Positions 19,115 to 29,200 of a stretch of 64,000 nucleotides of DNA are shown piece by piece. Under the pieces are notes generated by a model that did not search any database, was not told the DNA's origin, and worked only from the letters and a program-made list of their open reading frames with translations. How positions within the stretch are numbered: position 1 is the first letter of the stretch; each line of letters begins with the position of its first letter. The position numbers were made by a program, and so were the translations under genes. The stretch is from an uncultured Anaerolineae bacterium (GTDB lineage Bacteria > Chloroflexota > Anaerolineae > SSC4 > Amarolineaceae), in assembly GCA_964580725.1 (NCBI GenBank), contig CAZOLV010000002.1, forward strand, positions 24,577 through 88,576. Reading direction: 5' to 3'.

Positions 19115-20371
19115 TCAGCTCACAGTTTCGCCGCTGGCAATCGTCAGGCCAGGGAAACTGCTTTCGTCGGTATCGCCGTCAATCAAGACATTGCGACCGA
19201 TGCGGGTGTTGGGGGGAACACGCGCGTCCTTGCCGATCACCGTGACGCCGGTGTTGAGCTTATCCGGCTCCTTGACGTTTGGCTTCATGTCGTCGCCCTC
19301 GCCAATGACGGCGCCGGCGCCAATCCAGACGTTCTTGTCAATGATCGCCTTGTCCACGACCGCGCCAGGCCCAATGTAGGTGTCGTTCATGATGATCGAG
19401 TCACGAATCGAAGCGCCCGGCGAGACGTAGACGCCCGGCGAGAGCACCGAATGTTCCACATGACCGCGCACGTTGCAGCCATTGGAAATCTGGCTCTTGA
19501 CCACCTTCGCCTGCAGGCCGATCTTGGCCGGCGGCCGCTCCTCGCTGCGCGTGTGGATGACCCAACTGGTGTCGTACAGGTCGAGCGCAGGCTCCGCTTC
19601 CAACAGCGCCAGGTTGGTTTCCCAGTAGCTCTGGATCGTGCCGACATCCACCCAGTAGCCCTCGAACGGATAGGCGAAGACCGACAGATCGCTAATCATG
19701 CCGGGGATGACGTGTTTGCCGAAGTCCAGGCTGGCCTCTTTGGCCGCGCCCTGGCGCAGGCGCTGCTCCAGGATGTCACGGTCGAAGACGTAGATGCCCA
19801 TCGAGGCCAGGGTGCCTTTGTCGCGCTGTTTGGGTTTTTCGGTAAACTCGACGACGCGCTGATTTTCGTCCACGGTCATGATGCCGAAACGGTCGGTCTC
19901 TTCCAGCGGCACGTTCATAACAGCCACCGTCAGCCCTGCGCCGACCTCCTGATGGTAACGGATCATGGCGCCATAGTCCATCTTGTAGATGTGATCGCCC
20001 GACAGAATCAAGACCAGATCGGCCTCGGTGTCCTGCAGATAGCCGAGGTTCTGAAAAACAGCATCGGCGGTGCCCTTGTACCAATCTTCGGCGCGGCGTC
20101 CCTTGTAGGGCTGCAGCAGGCGCACGCCGCCCCGATTGCGGTCGAGGTCCCACGGCTTGCCGATGCCGATGTGATCGTTGAGCGAGTGAGGACGATACTG
20201 CGTCAGGACGGACACGTTGTAGATGCCCGAATTGACGCAGTTGGAGAGGGTAAAGTCAATGATGCGGTATTTGCCGGCAAACGGGACAGAGGGCTTGGCG
20301 CGCTTTTCGGAAAGCACGCTCAATCGCGCTCCTTCGCCGCCGGCCAGAATCATGGCGACGATCTTCTTCAA
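19115..20371 (-). CDS. glgC: Glucose-1-phosphate adenylyltransferase
   Basis: LAGGEGARL...[54 protein letters not shown] before TTG. Confidence 0.93.
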   Translation of the reverse strand: MKKIVAMILAGGEGARLSVLSEKRAKPSVPFAGKYRIIDFTLSNCVNSGIYNVSVLTQYRPHSLNDHIGIGKPWDLDRNRGGVRLLQPYKGRRAEDWYKGTADAVFQNLGYLQDTEADLVLILSGDHIYKMDYGAMIRYHQEVGAGLTVAVMNVPLEETDRFGIMTVDENQRVVEFTEKPKQRDKGTLASMGIYVFDRDILEQRLRQGAAKEASLDFGKHVIPGMISDLSVFAYPFEGYWVDVGTIQSYWETNLALLEAEPALDLYDTSWVIHTRSEERPPAKIGLQAKVVKSQISNGCNVRGHVEHSVLSPGVYVSPGASIRDSIIMNDTYIGPGAVVDKAIIDKNVWIGAGAVIGEGDDMKPNVKEPDKLNTGVTVIGKDARVPPNTRIGRNVLIDGDTDESSFPGLTIASGETVS

Positions 20372-20450
20372 GGCTTACCTCCCTGGGCCGTGTAGAACGG
20401 CCGGTTTGCAGATAGATAAAGACTGACCTTCATCGGCGGCCGGGCCTCGC

Positions 20451-21905
20451 CTAACCGGCGGGCGCTGCCACCGCTTCCAACCATTGATCGGCGCACCACC
20501 CCTGCCCGGCTTCGCCTTTCACTTCCCACCAGGTATAATTGTCGGCAACGACAGGCCCCTGCAGGATGGTCAGGATGACGCCAGCGGGAAAGCGTGTGGT
20601 CAACTGGAAGCGCAGCCCGGCGTCGCGCCGGGCGTTCAAGAACTCAGTATTGACGACGCGCACCTGCACGCCAACTCCCATCGTAGGGGTCACGGCGATG
20701 GTGGCGGTGATCGTCGGCGTGACCGTCATGCCCACGATCGGCGTCGCAATGGGCGGCGCCAGTGTCGGCGTCAGCGTGACGGTTGGCTCGACGGCCGGCA
20801 GCGAGGGCGTCTCCGTCACAGCGGCCGGATCGGCTGCGGCGGCGACGGCGGTGGGGCTGGCGGCGCCGTTTTCGCCGGCGTCCCCGCCCAGCGCCGTCAC
20901 GAAGGGGGCCGGCGCTTTGAGGATGGCCTGCGCCAGGGTCAGCGGCGAACGCAGCGCCCCGCTCAGCCAGCGGGTGGCGACGGCGCCGGCCCGTGTGGAA
21001 AATGCGCCAGGCGTGCGGTCGAAGGCGACGACGACAAGGAAGCTGACGATGACGAGCAGCGCCGTATAGCCCAGGATGCGATCAGGGCTGAGCAGGCGCA
21101 GGCCGCGCACGATAGAGACGGCGCCCGCATAGAGGCCAATCGGCAGGACGAGCAGGATGAACAAGCTGGCGAAGAGCCAGGGCCAGGGCAGATCGAGCGC
21201 CAGACGCGCCGCAAAGTAGGAGGCAATGCCAACGCCGGCAAAGAGCAGGCCGGTCAGCAGCGCGCGCAGGCCGCGCCGCCATTCTGGCGTGATCTCTTCC
21301 GGCTTGCGTGTGTTGGCCACCAGCACGCGCAGACGGTCGGTTTCGTTGTTGGCGGCCGCCAGGGCGCGTGAGAGGCGTTGGGCGTTCTGTTCCAGTTCCA
21401 GCCCGCGCTGGCGTTGACGCTGAAGTTCGCGCTGCAAGGCCTCGACTTCGACCGGCAGCGACGACCGCGCCTCGTCGTAGAGGGGCCATTCGACGTGTGG
21501 GCTGGGATGGTCGCAGAGATGGGGCCACAGTTCGCTGGCCAGTTGTGCGGCGCGATGGGCTGCGTTGTAGACTTCGTCCGTCGTCGCCTGACCTTCGGCC
21601 AGGCGGTTGCGTAGGGTGTGCAGCGCCAGCAGACCGGCGCTCTGTTCGGCGTCGAGCAGACCAAGACGCAAGCGATCGTCGGCCAGCAGGGCGTCCAACG
21701 CCGGTTGCTCGGCGGGCGGTGGCGCAGTCGGCGGTTCTTCTGCTGCGGGCGCAGCCTGGGCCAGTAGCCAGTGATGCAGGGTTTGCGCCAACGCGCCAGC
21801 GAGCGCCAGCAATGCCAACGCCGACTCGGCGGGAGAGCGGGCCTTGTTCTGGGCATAGATGGCCGTTTCCAGGCGGGTGCACGCATCATCCAGGCTTGAC
21901 GACAT
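20451..21905 (-). CDS. Membrane protein with coiled coil, TM helices, Pro/Thr linker and C-terminal bacterial SH3 domain
   Basis: C-terminus FLNARRDAG...ILQGPVVADNYTWWEV.GEAGQGWCADQWL; heptad region; about three TM segments. Confidence 0.8.
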   Translation of the reverse strand: MSSSLDDACTRLETAIYAQNKARSPAESALALLALAGALAQTLHHWLLAQAAPAAEEPPTAPPPAEQPALDALLADDRLRLGLLDAEQSAGLLALHTLRNRLAEGQATTDEVYNAAHRAAQLASELWPHLCDHPSPHVEWPLYDEARSSLPVEVEALQRELQRQRQRGLELEQNAQRLSRALAAANNETDRLRVLVANTRKPEEITPEWRRGLRALLTGLLFAGVGIASYFAARLALDLPWPWLFASLFILLVLPIGLYAGAVSIVRGLRLLSPDRILGYTALLVIVSFLVVVAFDRTPGAFSTRAGAVATRWLSGALRSPLTLAQAILKAPAPFVTALGGDAGENGAASPTAVAAAADPAAVTETPSLPAVEPTVTLTPTLAPPIATPIVGMTVTPTITATIAVTPTMGVGVQVRVVNTEFLNARRDAGLRFQLTTRFPAGVILTILQGPVVADNYTWWEVKGEAGQGWCADQWLEAVAAPAG

Positions 21906-21981
21906 CGAATCAACCTCGAGTGAGAGTTTTGGGAGACTTCTGCCCTGCTTCCCCGATCAGGCGCCGAAAAGTAGCCGGAGA

Positions 21982-22011
21982 AGTATACCGCATGAAGTCA
22001 AAGATTGCCAA
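21982..22011 (-). promoter_or_regulatory. Putative promoter for the SH3-protein/glgC genes
   Basis: Minus strand TTGGCA-18 bp-TATACT in the divergent intergenic region. Confidence 0.4.
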
Positions 22012-22013
22012 TC

Positions 22014-22496
22014 ATGACCGCTGAACTGCATCTGCGGCGCAACCTGCGTTTTCGGGTGGATGGGCGCCCGCTGCTGCTGCTCAAGAAGGAGGGCGAGTCG
22101 GAGCGTCACGTCCTGATGAAGGCGCTGGTCTTTGCGCTCTATTACCGCCAGTATCCGAACCTGCAGATCGAACCGGCCAGCGTTCTGCGCTACCGGCCTG
22201 ACCTCGCACAGATGGACGCCGCAGGGCGCCCCCTCTTCTGGGCCGAATGCGGGGAAACGAGCAAACGCAAGGTCGAGTACCTGGCGCGCCGCTTGCCAAC
22301 CACACATCTCGTCTTCGCCCGCTGGAACACGGGGCTGCGCGCCTACGCCGATCTGATCGAACAGGCGCTGACCGGCCTGCGCCGCCGTGCGCCGCTCGAA
22401 CTGATCGGCTTTCAGCCTGAAGTGGTGGCCAGTCACCTCCTCGACGACGGCACGATCACCCTGCGCCTGGAAGACTGCCTGCTGACGCGCTTCTAA
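22014..22496 (+). CDS. YaeQ-like protein (PD-(D/E)XK fold)
   Basis: ESERHVLMKALVFALY, RPDL, FWAECGE motifs resemble the YaeQ family. Confidence 0.6.
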   Translation: MTAELHLRRNLRFRVDGRPLLLLKKEGESERHVLMKALVFALYYRQYPNLQIEPASVLRYRPDLAQMDAAGRPLFWAECGETSKRKVEYLARRLPTTHLVFARWNTGLRAYADLIEQALTGLRRRAPLELIGFQPEVVASHLLDDGTITLRLEDCLLTRF

Positions 22497-23401
22497 AGGC
22501 CAGGCGAGGAGACCGCCGCCGCCGGCAGACGGCGGAAGTCGCGCAAACCGCGCCAGATCGCCAGCGCAACGGCGGGCTGGCCAAGCAGGGCAAACTGCGC
22601 CGCCTTGAACGTCCACAGCAGCGGCCAGTAGGCGAAGAACTGCAATTTTTGCCGGGCGCCGGCGTGCTTGCTGACGGTCAGCAGGCGGTTGCGGGTCATG
22701 TGATACCAGATGAACGGCTGGCCCTGGCGGTTCGAACTGGCGCCCACGCGATGGATCACAGTCGCCGCCGGGGCGTAGATGATCGGTCGCCCGGCCCGCG
22801 TCAGGCGCAGACTCAAATCAACATCTTCACCCATGAAGAAGTAGCGTTCGTCGAACGGTCCCGCCGGTTCGCACACATCGCGTGGCAGCAGCAGTGCACA
22901 GCCCGTGGCAAACCCCACCGCGCCAGGCGTGTCGGCCTGACCCTGATCGAGCGCGCCCTGCCAGCGATGCACGCCGCTGCCGTTGCGCCAGGAGATCTGC
23001 CCCCCTGCATACCAGAGGCGTTTGCCATCGCCATAGTGAATCTTGGGCGCCGTTGCGCCGGCCTGCGGATGAGAGGCCAGCGCCGCCTGCAGGTGCGGCA
23101 GCGTGTCAGGGTTGACGAAGGCGTCGTTGTTAAGCAGGAAGATCTGGTCGGGCGCCAGGGTGCGCAGCGCCTGGCGCACCCCCAGGTTGTTGCCGCGGGC
23201 AAAGCCCAGATTTTCGCCCGCCGCCAGCACGGCAACTGTCGGAAAATACTCGTGCAGCGCCGCCGCCGAATCGTCGGTCGAACCGTTGTCCACCACGATC
23301 ACGCGTTCCGGCGGCTGGCCGCAAGCAAGCAGTGTCTGCACGCAGGCCAGCGTGGTTTTGCGGCCGTTCCAGTTGAGGATGATCGTGACGACGGTTGGCA
23401 T
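22493..23401 (-). CDS. Glycosyltransferase family 2
   Basis: IILNWNG, VVDNGSTD, ENLGFARGNN, LLNND, FDERYFFMGEDVDLSLR. Confidence 0.92.
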   Translation of the reverse strand: MPTVVTIILNWNGRKTTLACVQTLLACGQPPERVIVVDNGSTDDSAAALHEYFPTVAVLAAGENLGFARGNNLGVRQALRTLAPDQIFLLNNDAFVNPDTLPHLQAALASHPQAGATAPKIHYGDGKRLWYAGGQISWRNGSGVHRWQGALDQGQADTPGAVGFATGCALLLPRDVCEPAGPFDERYFFMGEDVDLSLRLTRAGRPIIYAPAATVIHRVGASSNRQGQPFIWYHMTRNRLLTVSKHAGARQKLQFFAYWPLLWTFKAAQFALLGQPAVALAIWRGLRDFRRLPAAAVSSPGL

Positions 23402-23409
23402 TGGCGCGC

Positions 23410-24897
23410 TCACTCTGTCCGTGCGGCCACCAGCGGGATGCCAGCCGCCAGCCACAGATAGCTCATCAGTTGCAGTTCTTGCATGAGCGGCAGAAAAGTA
23501 AAGGCGACCATCGCGCCAAGCCAGGTGGCCTGCGCCCCCAGACTAATGGCGTCGAAGAACGGATCAGCCGTCGGCGCGGCGGCGCGGCGCTGCGCCCGCA
23601 GCGTCCAGACCATCAGCAGATAGACGAACATGACGAACAGCGCGCCGGGCATGCCGATTTCCATCATCAACTGCAGCCAGGAGCTTTCCACATGTTCGAT
23701 CTTGAGCCGGTCGGAAAACTTGAGCGCGCGCGGCCCGGCCATGCCCATGCCGATGCCGAGCGGATGATCGAGAATGAACGGGATCGAGGCCTCATACGAC
23801 GCCAGGTGCCCCACGGCGGACGGATCGTTCATGTTGATGGCGCGCGTGATGCGCGCCACCAGCCCCACCCGCTCGGCGCCCACGACGAGCAGCGCCGCCA
23901 GGGCGATCAAGGCCAGAATCGTGCCAGGGCTGCGCACGGCATAGCGCAGCGTCTGGCCGAGGTTGCGCACGCCGATTTCCAGAACGGCCAGCACCGCCAA
24001 CATGCCCACCAGGCCCACCAACGAGCTGCGCGAGTAGGTGAGCAGAATGGCCACGCCGTAGGTGGTCATCATGGCCAGCAGCAGGCCGCGCTGCCAGAGC
24101 GGGCGTTCGCTCTGCAACGCCAGCACCAACGCCAGGGCCGTCGCCAGCACCAGCATCAAGCCCAACTCGTTGGGGCTGGTTACGGTGCCGATGGCGCGCA
24201 GGTGGGGTTGGCGTTCCACTTCGGCGGTGTAGAAGGCGTTGGGAATCGTGCCGTCGGCCTCGCGAAACCCCCAATTGTACAGATCACCGAAATTCCAGAA
24301 GGCCACCTGGTAGATGCCCACCAGCGCCATGACGAGCGAAACCGCCAGAATGACAAGCGTCAGCCAGCGCAGTTGCCGCCGGCTCACCGGGACGCTGCGC
24401 AGCAAATAGAGGACCACCAGCGGCTCCAGATAGTTGCGCAGCCCGTAGATGCCCACATCGAGCAGCGGCGTCACCAGGACGTAGACGCCCATCAGCAGCG
24501 CCGCCGAGGCCAGCCCCAGATCGAACAGATAGAGCTTGATGGCAAAACGATCCTGACCAAACAGCCGCCGCAGCAGCAAGATGCCAAGCAGCAGCGCCAT
24601 GACCCCTTCTTTCCAGAAGGCGAACAGTTCGACCGTGCGTTGGGCAACGCCAAACTGACCCACCATGACGCGGCTGGCGAAGACGTGAAAGGGCAGCCCG
24701 ACGATCAAGAGGGTCAGCAGGTAGAAGGGTCGCAGCCAGGCCAGGGTGACAGCCAGCGCCACGCAAACGAGCGCCAGCCCGGCGAACGGCGAGACGAGCA
24801 GGAGTCCGGCCAACGCCACGGCCAGCAGCAAGCTGCCGGCGTAGAACAGGGTCGTTGCAGGGCGCAGTGTGCTTTGCGTCATGAGCGCATACCTCAC
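23410..24897 (-). CDS. O-antigen ligase/polymerase (Wzy_C) family membrane protein
   Basis: Polytopic; RAIGTVTSPNELG, LTYSRSS, HPLGIGMG, LMMEIGMPG. GTG overlaps the upstream stop. Confidence 0.82.
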   Translation of the reverse strand: MRYALMTQSTLRPATTLFYAGSLLLAVALAGLLLVSPFAGLALVCVALAVTLAWLRPFYLLTLLIVGLPFHVFASRVMVGQFGVAQRTVELFAFWKEGVMALLLGILLLRRLFGQDRFAIKLYLFDLGLASAALLMGVYVLVTPLLDVGIYGLRNYLEPLVVLYLLRSVPVSRRQLRWLTLVILAVSLVMALVGIYQVAFWNFGDLYNWGFREADGTIPNAFYTAEVERQPHLRAIGTVTSPNELGLMLVLATALALVLALQSERPLWQRGLLLAMMTTYGVAILLTYSRSSLVGLVGMLAVLAVLEIGVRNLGQTLRYAVRSPGTILALIALAALLVVGAERVGLVARITRAINMNDPSAVGHLASYEASIPFILDHPLGIGMGMAGPRALKFSDRLKIEHVESSWLQLMMEIGMPGALFVMFVYLLMVWTLRAQRRAAAPTADPFFDAISLGAQATWLGAMVAFTFLPLMQELQLMSYLWLAAGIPLVAARTE

Positions 24898-26642
24898 AAA
24901 TAACCCAAGCCGGCCAGGCGATCGGCGATGGCGCGGGCTTCGGTTTCATCGTAGTTCTGCACATCATCGCCGCCTGACGCGGTGGATGGCGGCGCGGGCG
25001 GCTCTTGCGCCCCGGTCACGATGGGGCGCGCCGCCTGCGCTTCGGGCGTCAGCAGTTCGGTCAGGATGCGCCCATCCATCCAGGCCGGGACTGGTTCGCC
25101 CAACAGATGAAGCGCAGTGGGGGCTACATCCAGAATGCTGGCCGGCGGCAGGGTCAGGCCCGCCTGCACGCCAGGCCCGTGGGCCATGAAGATGCCGGTC
25201 GCCCGGTGACAGCCGGTGATGCGCCGGCGGCGCATTTCCTCCAGCGTCAGGCGGCGCACCGGCTGGCGTCCGGTGTATGCGCCGCGCGGCCGGAACAGAT
25301 CGGGGTAATCGGCCTCCACCAGCAGGTCGGGCAGGCGTTCGCTGAACGGCCCGCTGAACAACTCTTCGCGACGCCAGACGCGGCGCACCAGGCGCCGACC
25401 GCTGTGCGGGTCGGTCAGTTCGTGCAGGCCGGCGCTGATGCGTTGGCGCAGCGCCTCGTACTCGGCGCCCGGCGACACGATACCCTGCGGATCGCGCCCC
25501 TTCAGGTTGATCCAGATGTTTCCGCGCACCTCTTCCGAAAAGGCCTGCGTGTGCGCCCAGTCAATGCCGGGGAAGAACGACTCCTCGCCCAGACGCACGC
25601 GCAGCCAATCGGGCCACAGATGCCGCAGGCGCGAGAGAGCGCCAAAGGAAATGCGCCCGTAGAGCGCGCGCTTGCCGCGGTCAACCAGGCGAGCGGCCAG
25701 CCACTTGAACGCCTTGCCCGCCGAACGGCGGCTGCCCGGCGGGCGCAACGTCAGCAGTCCCTGTGCGGCCAGCCAGAGGTTGAGGTGCACCTCCGTGTCC
25801 TCCAACGGTCCTTCGCCGTGATCCGAGACAACCAGCACATGCACATCGGGCGGCAAGGTCGCCAGAAACTCGCCCAGGCGCTGATCGGCGCGCTGATAGA
25901 CCTGCAGCAGAGGATCGCTATCGAACAGCCGTGCGTTGACCTCCGCATCGTACAGCGGGTGTTGGGGGTCGTGGTATTTCCAGAGGAAGTGGGCGGCGCC
26001 GTCCGGCGCGCTGACGACGAAGAAGGTCAAGTCCCACGGCTCGCGCGCCATCAGGTTGGTGGCCACGGTGAAGCGCACGTCAATCTCGCGCAGCAGTTCG
26101 GCCAGCACCAAGTCGCCGCGCTGCGCCGTGCTGTACTTCCAGTCGTCGGGCACGATGACGTAGGGTTGACCACCCGCCAGCGTCGGCAGTTCGGCCTTGA
26201 GCGCCAGCGGATAGGTGAAAGCGGCGCCCATGCCCGGCGTGTCCCACCCGGAGACAAGCACCCCATTGACCTGTTCGGGCGGGTAAGTCATCGGCACGTT
26301 GAGCACGATCACGCGCCGCCCCGCCTGGCTGAGCAGTGTCCACAGCGCGGGCAGGGCGCGAAAGCTGGCGTTGGTCAGGCGGAAGCCATAGGCATCGAAA
26401 TCGCGCTCCCAAAAATCGAAGATGCGATGCTTGCCCTGGTTGGCGCCGGTGACCATCGAAGTCCAGGCCTGGGCGGTGAAGGGGTGCAGCACCGACACGA
26501 GCGGCGCCGAAGCGCCGTTGCGCAGCAGGCGCGCCAACGTGGGCAGGTGGCCCTGGTCGGCCCAGGGTCGAATCAGGTCGAAAGTGGCGCCGTCGAGTCC
26601 AACGACAACGACGCGGCCGGCGCCTGGACTGGCTGTAGACAA
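24894..26642 (-). CDS. Alkaline phosphatase superfamily (nucleotide pyrophosphatase/phosphodiesterase-like) protein
   Basis: VVGLDGATFD, HPFTAQAW, PDGAAH, VVSDHG, GCHR..GIF, C-terminal RLAGLGYL. Confidence 0.88.
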   Translation of the reverse strand: MSTASPGAGRVVVVGLDGATFDLIRPWADQGHLPTLARLLRNGASAPLVSVLHPFTAQAWTSMVTGANQGKHRIFDFWERDFDAYGFRLTNASFRALPALWTLLSQAGRRVIVLNVPMTYPPEQVNGVLVSGWDTPGMGAAFTYPLALKAELPTLAGGQPYVIVPDDWKYSTAQRGDLVLAELLREIDVRFTVATNLMAREPWDLTFFVVSAPDGAAHFLWKYHDPQHPLYDAEVNARLFDSDPLLQVYQRADQRLGEFLATLPPDVHVLVVSDHGEGPLEDTEVHLNLWLAAQGLLTLRPPGSRRSAGKAFKWLAARLVDRGKRALYGRISFGALSRLRHLWPDWLRVRLGEESFFPGIDWAHTQAFSEEVRGNIWINLKGRDPQGIVSPGAEYEALRQRISAGLHELTDPHSGRRLVRRVWRREELFSGPFSERLPDLLVEADYPDLFRPRGAYTGRQPVRRLTLEEMRRRRITGCHRATGIFMAHGPGVQAGLTLPPASILDVAPTALHLLGEPVPAWMDGRILTELLTPEAQAARPIVTGAQEPPAPPSTASGGDDVQNYDETEARAIADRLAGLGYL

Positions 26643-26660
26643 GTGTTCAGTATCCTCTCG

Positions 26661-27533
26661 CTATGGTCGCAACGCCTCGCCGTTGGGCGTCATGCGGGCA
26701 GCCTGGTCGGGCTGCGCTTGCCGGCAGAAAACAATGCGACGATAGGCCGGCGCTCCGTGCACACGGGGCGCAATCCAGGGGAAGAGCGGCTGCAGAAGCA
26801 GGCGCTGCACATGGGTCAGCCCTGGCAGCGGGCGCCCCAGATCGAACAAGCGCCGCAGGCGGAGCCAGGTCGTCACCGAGACGTTGGGAACGCTGTGCAG
26901 TTCGTAGCGTCCGAAACGGGCGGCGGCGGCATCTGCCGCCAGCGCCTGCAGGTCGTCTGCTGACCACATGGCGTGATCGAGGTGCTCGCCCAGTTTGGGA
27001 TGCACGCGGCCGGTCTGGCGCTGAAATTCCTGCGCCATCCGTTCTTCGGCGGCGCGCGCCTCGGCGCCGCAGGGCGCCCCCACGATCAGCAGGCCATCGG
27101 GCCGCAGCACGCGCGCCATTTCCATCACCACGGCGCGGCGCGCGGTGGGGGCCAGGTGCTCCAACGTGTCCAGGCAGAGCGCCGCGTCGAAAGAGGCGTC
27201 GGCGAAGGGCAGCGCCTCGCCCGACGCCGCCACGGGGGTCAACCGAGGATGATCGCGCAGGCGCTGACGGTCGAAAGTGACATCCACGCCGACGGCGGTG
27301 CGCGGCGCATAGGTGGTGACGCCCCCCTTACTGCCGCAGCCCACGTCCAGGATGCGCAGTGCGGCCGGCTGTGCGGTCAGCGCGACGGTCACCGGCCAGT
27401 AGCGCAGGGCGATTTCCATGCGCCAGGCCCAGTTCCAACGCTGATAGCGCGCCAACGGGACAGCCAGCCAGCCCAAACGCTGCAGACGCTCGCTGCGCAC
27501 CCGGCCGGCGTCGAGTCGAAAGACGTCACTCAT
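26661..27533 (-). CDS. Class I SAM-dependent methyltransferase
   Basis: ILDVGCG, LPFADASFD, LEHL, EMARVLRPDG. Confidence 0.88.
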   Translation of the reverse strand: MSDVFRLDAGRVRSERLQRLGWLAVPLARYQRWNWAWRMEIALRYWPVTVALTAQPAALRILDVGCGSKGGVTTYAPRTAVGVDVTFDRQRLRDHPRLTPVAASGEALPFADASFDAALCLDTLEHLAPTARRAVVMEMARVLRPDGLLIVGAPCGAEARAAEERMAQEFQRQTGRVHPKLGEHLDHAMWSADDLQALAADAAAARFGRYELHSVPNVSVTTWLRLRRLFDLGRPLPGLTHVQRLLLQPLFPWIAPRVHGAPAYRRIVFCRQAQPDQAARMTPNGEALRP

Positions 27534-27547
27534 GCATCGTTCTCCTG

Positions 27548-29200
27548 CTAACCCAAATAGCCCAGATTGGCCAGTCTTTCCACAATCAGCGCCTCGTCCT
27601 CGGTCGAGTAGACCTGCTGGCGCGGCGCTACGGCCAGGCCCGTCTCATCGGCATAGCGGACGGGGTGATCGGCGAGATAGGTCGGCTCGAAGATTTCCGT
27701 CGCCGCCCGGCCATCCAGCCCGCTCGGAACCGGCAGCCCCATGCTGTAGAGGATGGTGGGCGCCAGGTCGGCCAGCCCCAGGCCCGGCCCCAGGCGTTGG
27801 GCGGCAATGTCTGGCCCCCAGGCCAGAAAGATGCCATCGGGTTGGTGCATGCCCTCGCCCTCGTCCGTCACATCGCTGAAGATGCGCCCCGGCGAGACCT
27901 CGGAAGTCGGCTCGTAGCCGGGCGCCATCTCGTACAGAATGTCCGGCGCTTGCTCGGTGAACGGCCCCTGGTACACCTCTTCCCGATCATAGACCGCACG
28001 GATCACACGCTGTCCACGGTGCGGGTCGGTGAGATCGAGCAGACCGGCCTTGATCTGGCGACGCAGCGCGGCGTAAGCGGCGGCGTCCACCACGCCGTAG
28101 GGTTCACGCCCGCGCTGGTTGATGTAGATGGCGTACTCGGACGCCACGCCCGAATAGGCTTGCGTGTGCGCCCAGTCAATGATGCGATTGACGGCAAAGG
28201 CGCGCCGGCCAAGCATCAGCAGGTTGCGCGGCAGCAGCCGCTTGACCCACCCCATATACTGTTTCATCTGCTTGCGCACGCCGGCCTTGCCGCTGGCGTA
28301 GGTCAGCCAGCCTTGATTGGCCAACCATTGATCTATGTGTACCCGTGTGTGGCGCAGGCCAAAACCGTGGTCGGAGAGCATGAAAAGGCGCGTTCGATCA
28401 GAAAGGGCGTGCGCCAGGGTGCGCCCCAAACAGGCATCCAGGGCGCGGTAGGTCGCCTCGACGGCGGCGTGGATGGGCGTCAGCTCGGCCGTGCGCGGTC
28501 CCGACAGGCCGAGCAAATCGTCCAGATAGCGCCAGGTCCAGTGTTGCAGGCGGTCGGGCGTCTCATAGACCACCATGATGAAGTCGCCGCCCTGCGGCAG
28601 CAGGACTTCCTCCAGCGCCGCCTGTCGTTCCAACAGGACGCGCTGCAAGTCGTTGACCAACGCCAGGCGCTGTGCGGGGGCGCGGTAGTCACGCTCCTGC
28701 TTGAGCACGCGCAGGTCAATCGTGTAGCGCCGGGCGCGCAGGCGTGCGGCCAGGTCGGCGGGATGGGTGAATTCGCTCTCTTCGGACGGGGTCATCATGC
28801 CGCTGACGATCCAACCTTGCGCCGGACGCACCGGGTAGGTCAGGGGCACGTTGAGCACGCCGACGCGGCGGCCCTGTGCGCTCAACCGCTCCCAGAGCAG
28901 CGGCGCCTGGATGGCGGTGGCGTTGACGTAGGTGCGTTCCAGATCACGGTTGAGGGCTTGTTGGAAGGCGAAGACGCCATGCCGGCCAGGGTTCAGGCCG
29001 GTCATGAAACTGCTCCAGGCGGGCGCTGTGAGCGGCGGCAGCGTGGAGCGCAGCGGCGCGACTGCGCCTTCAGCGGCCAAACGGGCCAGATTGGGCAGCC
29101 AACCGGCCGCCATCATCGGCCGCAGCAGATCCCAGGTCGCGCCATCCAGGCCGATGACGAGAACAGCCGGGGATGCCAGGAGCGTGCCGGCGGTTGTCAT
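27548..29200 (-). CDS. Alkaline phosphatase superfamily (nucleotide pyrophosphatase/phosphodiesterase-like) protein
   Basis: VIGLDGATWD, STLPPLTAPAW, TDRLQH-like (TPDRLQH), LSDHGFG, GMHQPDGIF, C-terminal RLANLGYLG. Confidence 0.88.
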   Translation of the reverse strand: MTTAGTLLASPAVLVIGLDGATWDLLRPMMAAGWLPNLARLAAEGAVAPLRSTLPPLTAPAWSSFMTGLNPGRHGVFAFQQALNRDLERTYVNATAIQAPLLWERLSAQGRRVGVLNVPLTYPVRPAQGWIVSGMMTPSEESEFTHPADLAARLRARRYTIDLRVLKQERDYRAPAQRLALVNDLQRVLLERQAALEEVLLPQGGDFIMVVYETPDRLQHWTWRYLDDLLGLSGPRTAELTPIHAAVEATYRALDACLGRTLAHALSDRTRLFMLSDHGFGLRHTRVHIDQWLANQGWLTYASGKAGVRKQMKQYMGWVKRLLPRNLLMLGRRAFAVNRIIDWAHTQAYSGVASEYAIYINQRGREPYGVVDAAAYAALRRQIKAGLLDLTDPHRGQRVIRAVYDREEVYQGPFTEQAPDILYEMAPGYEPTSEVSPGRIFSDVTDEGEGMHQPDGIFLAWGPDIAAQRLGPGLGLADLAPTILYSMGLPVPSGLDGRAATEIFEPTYLADHPVRYADETGLAVAPRQQVYSTEDEALIVERLANLGYLG

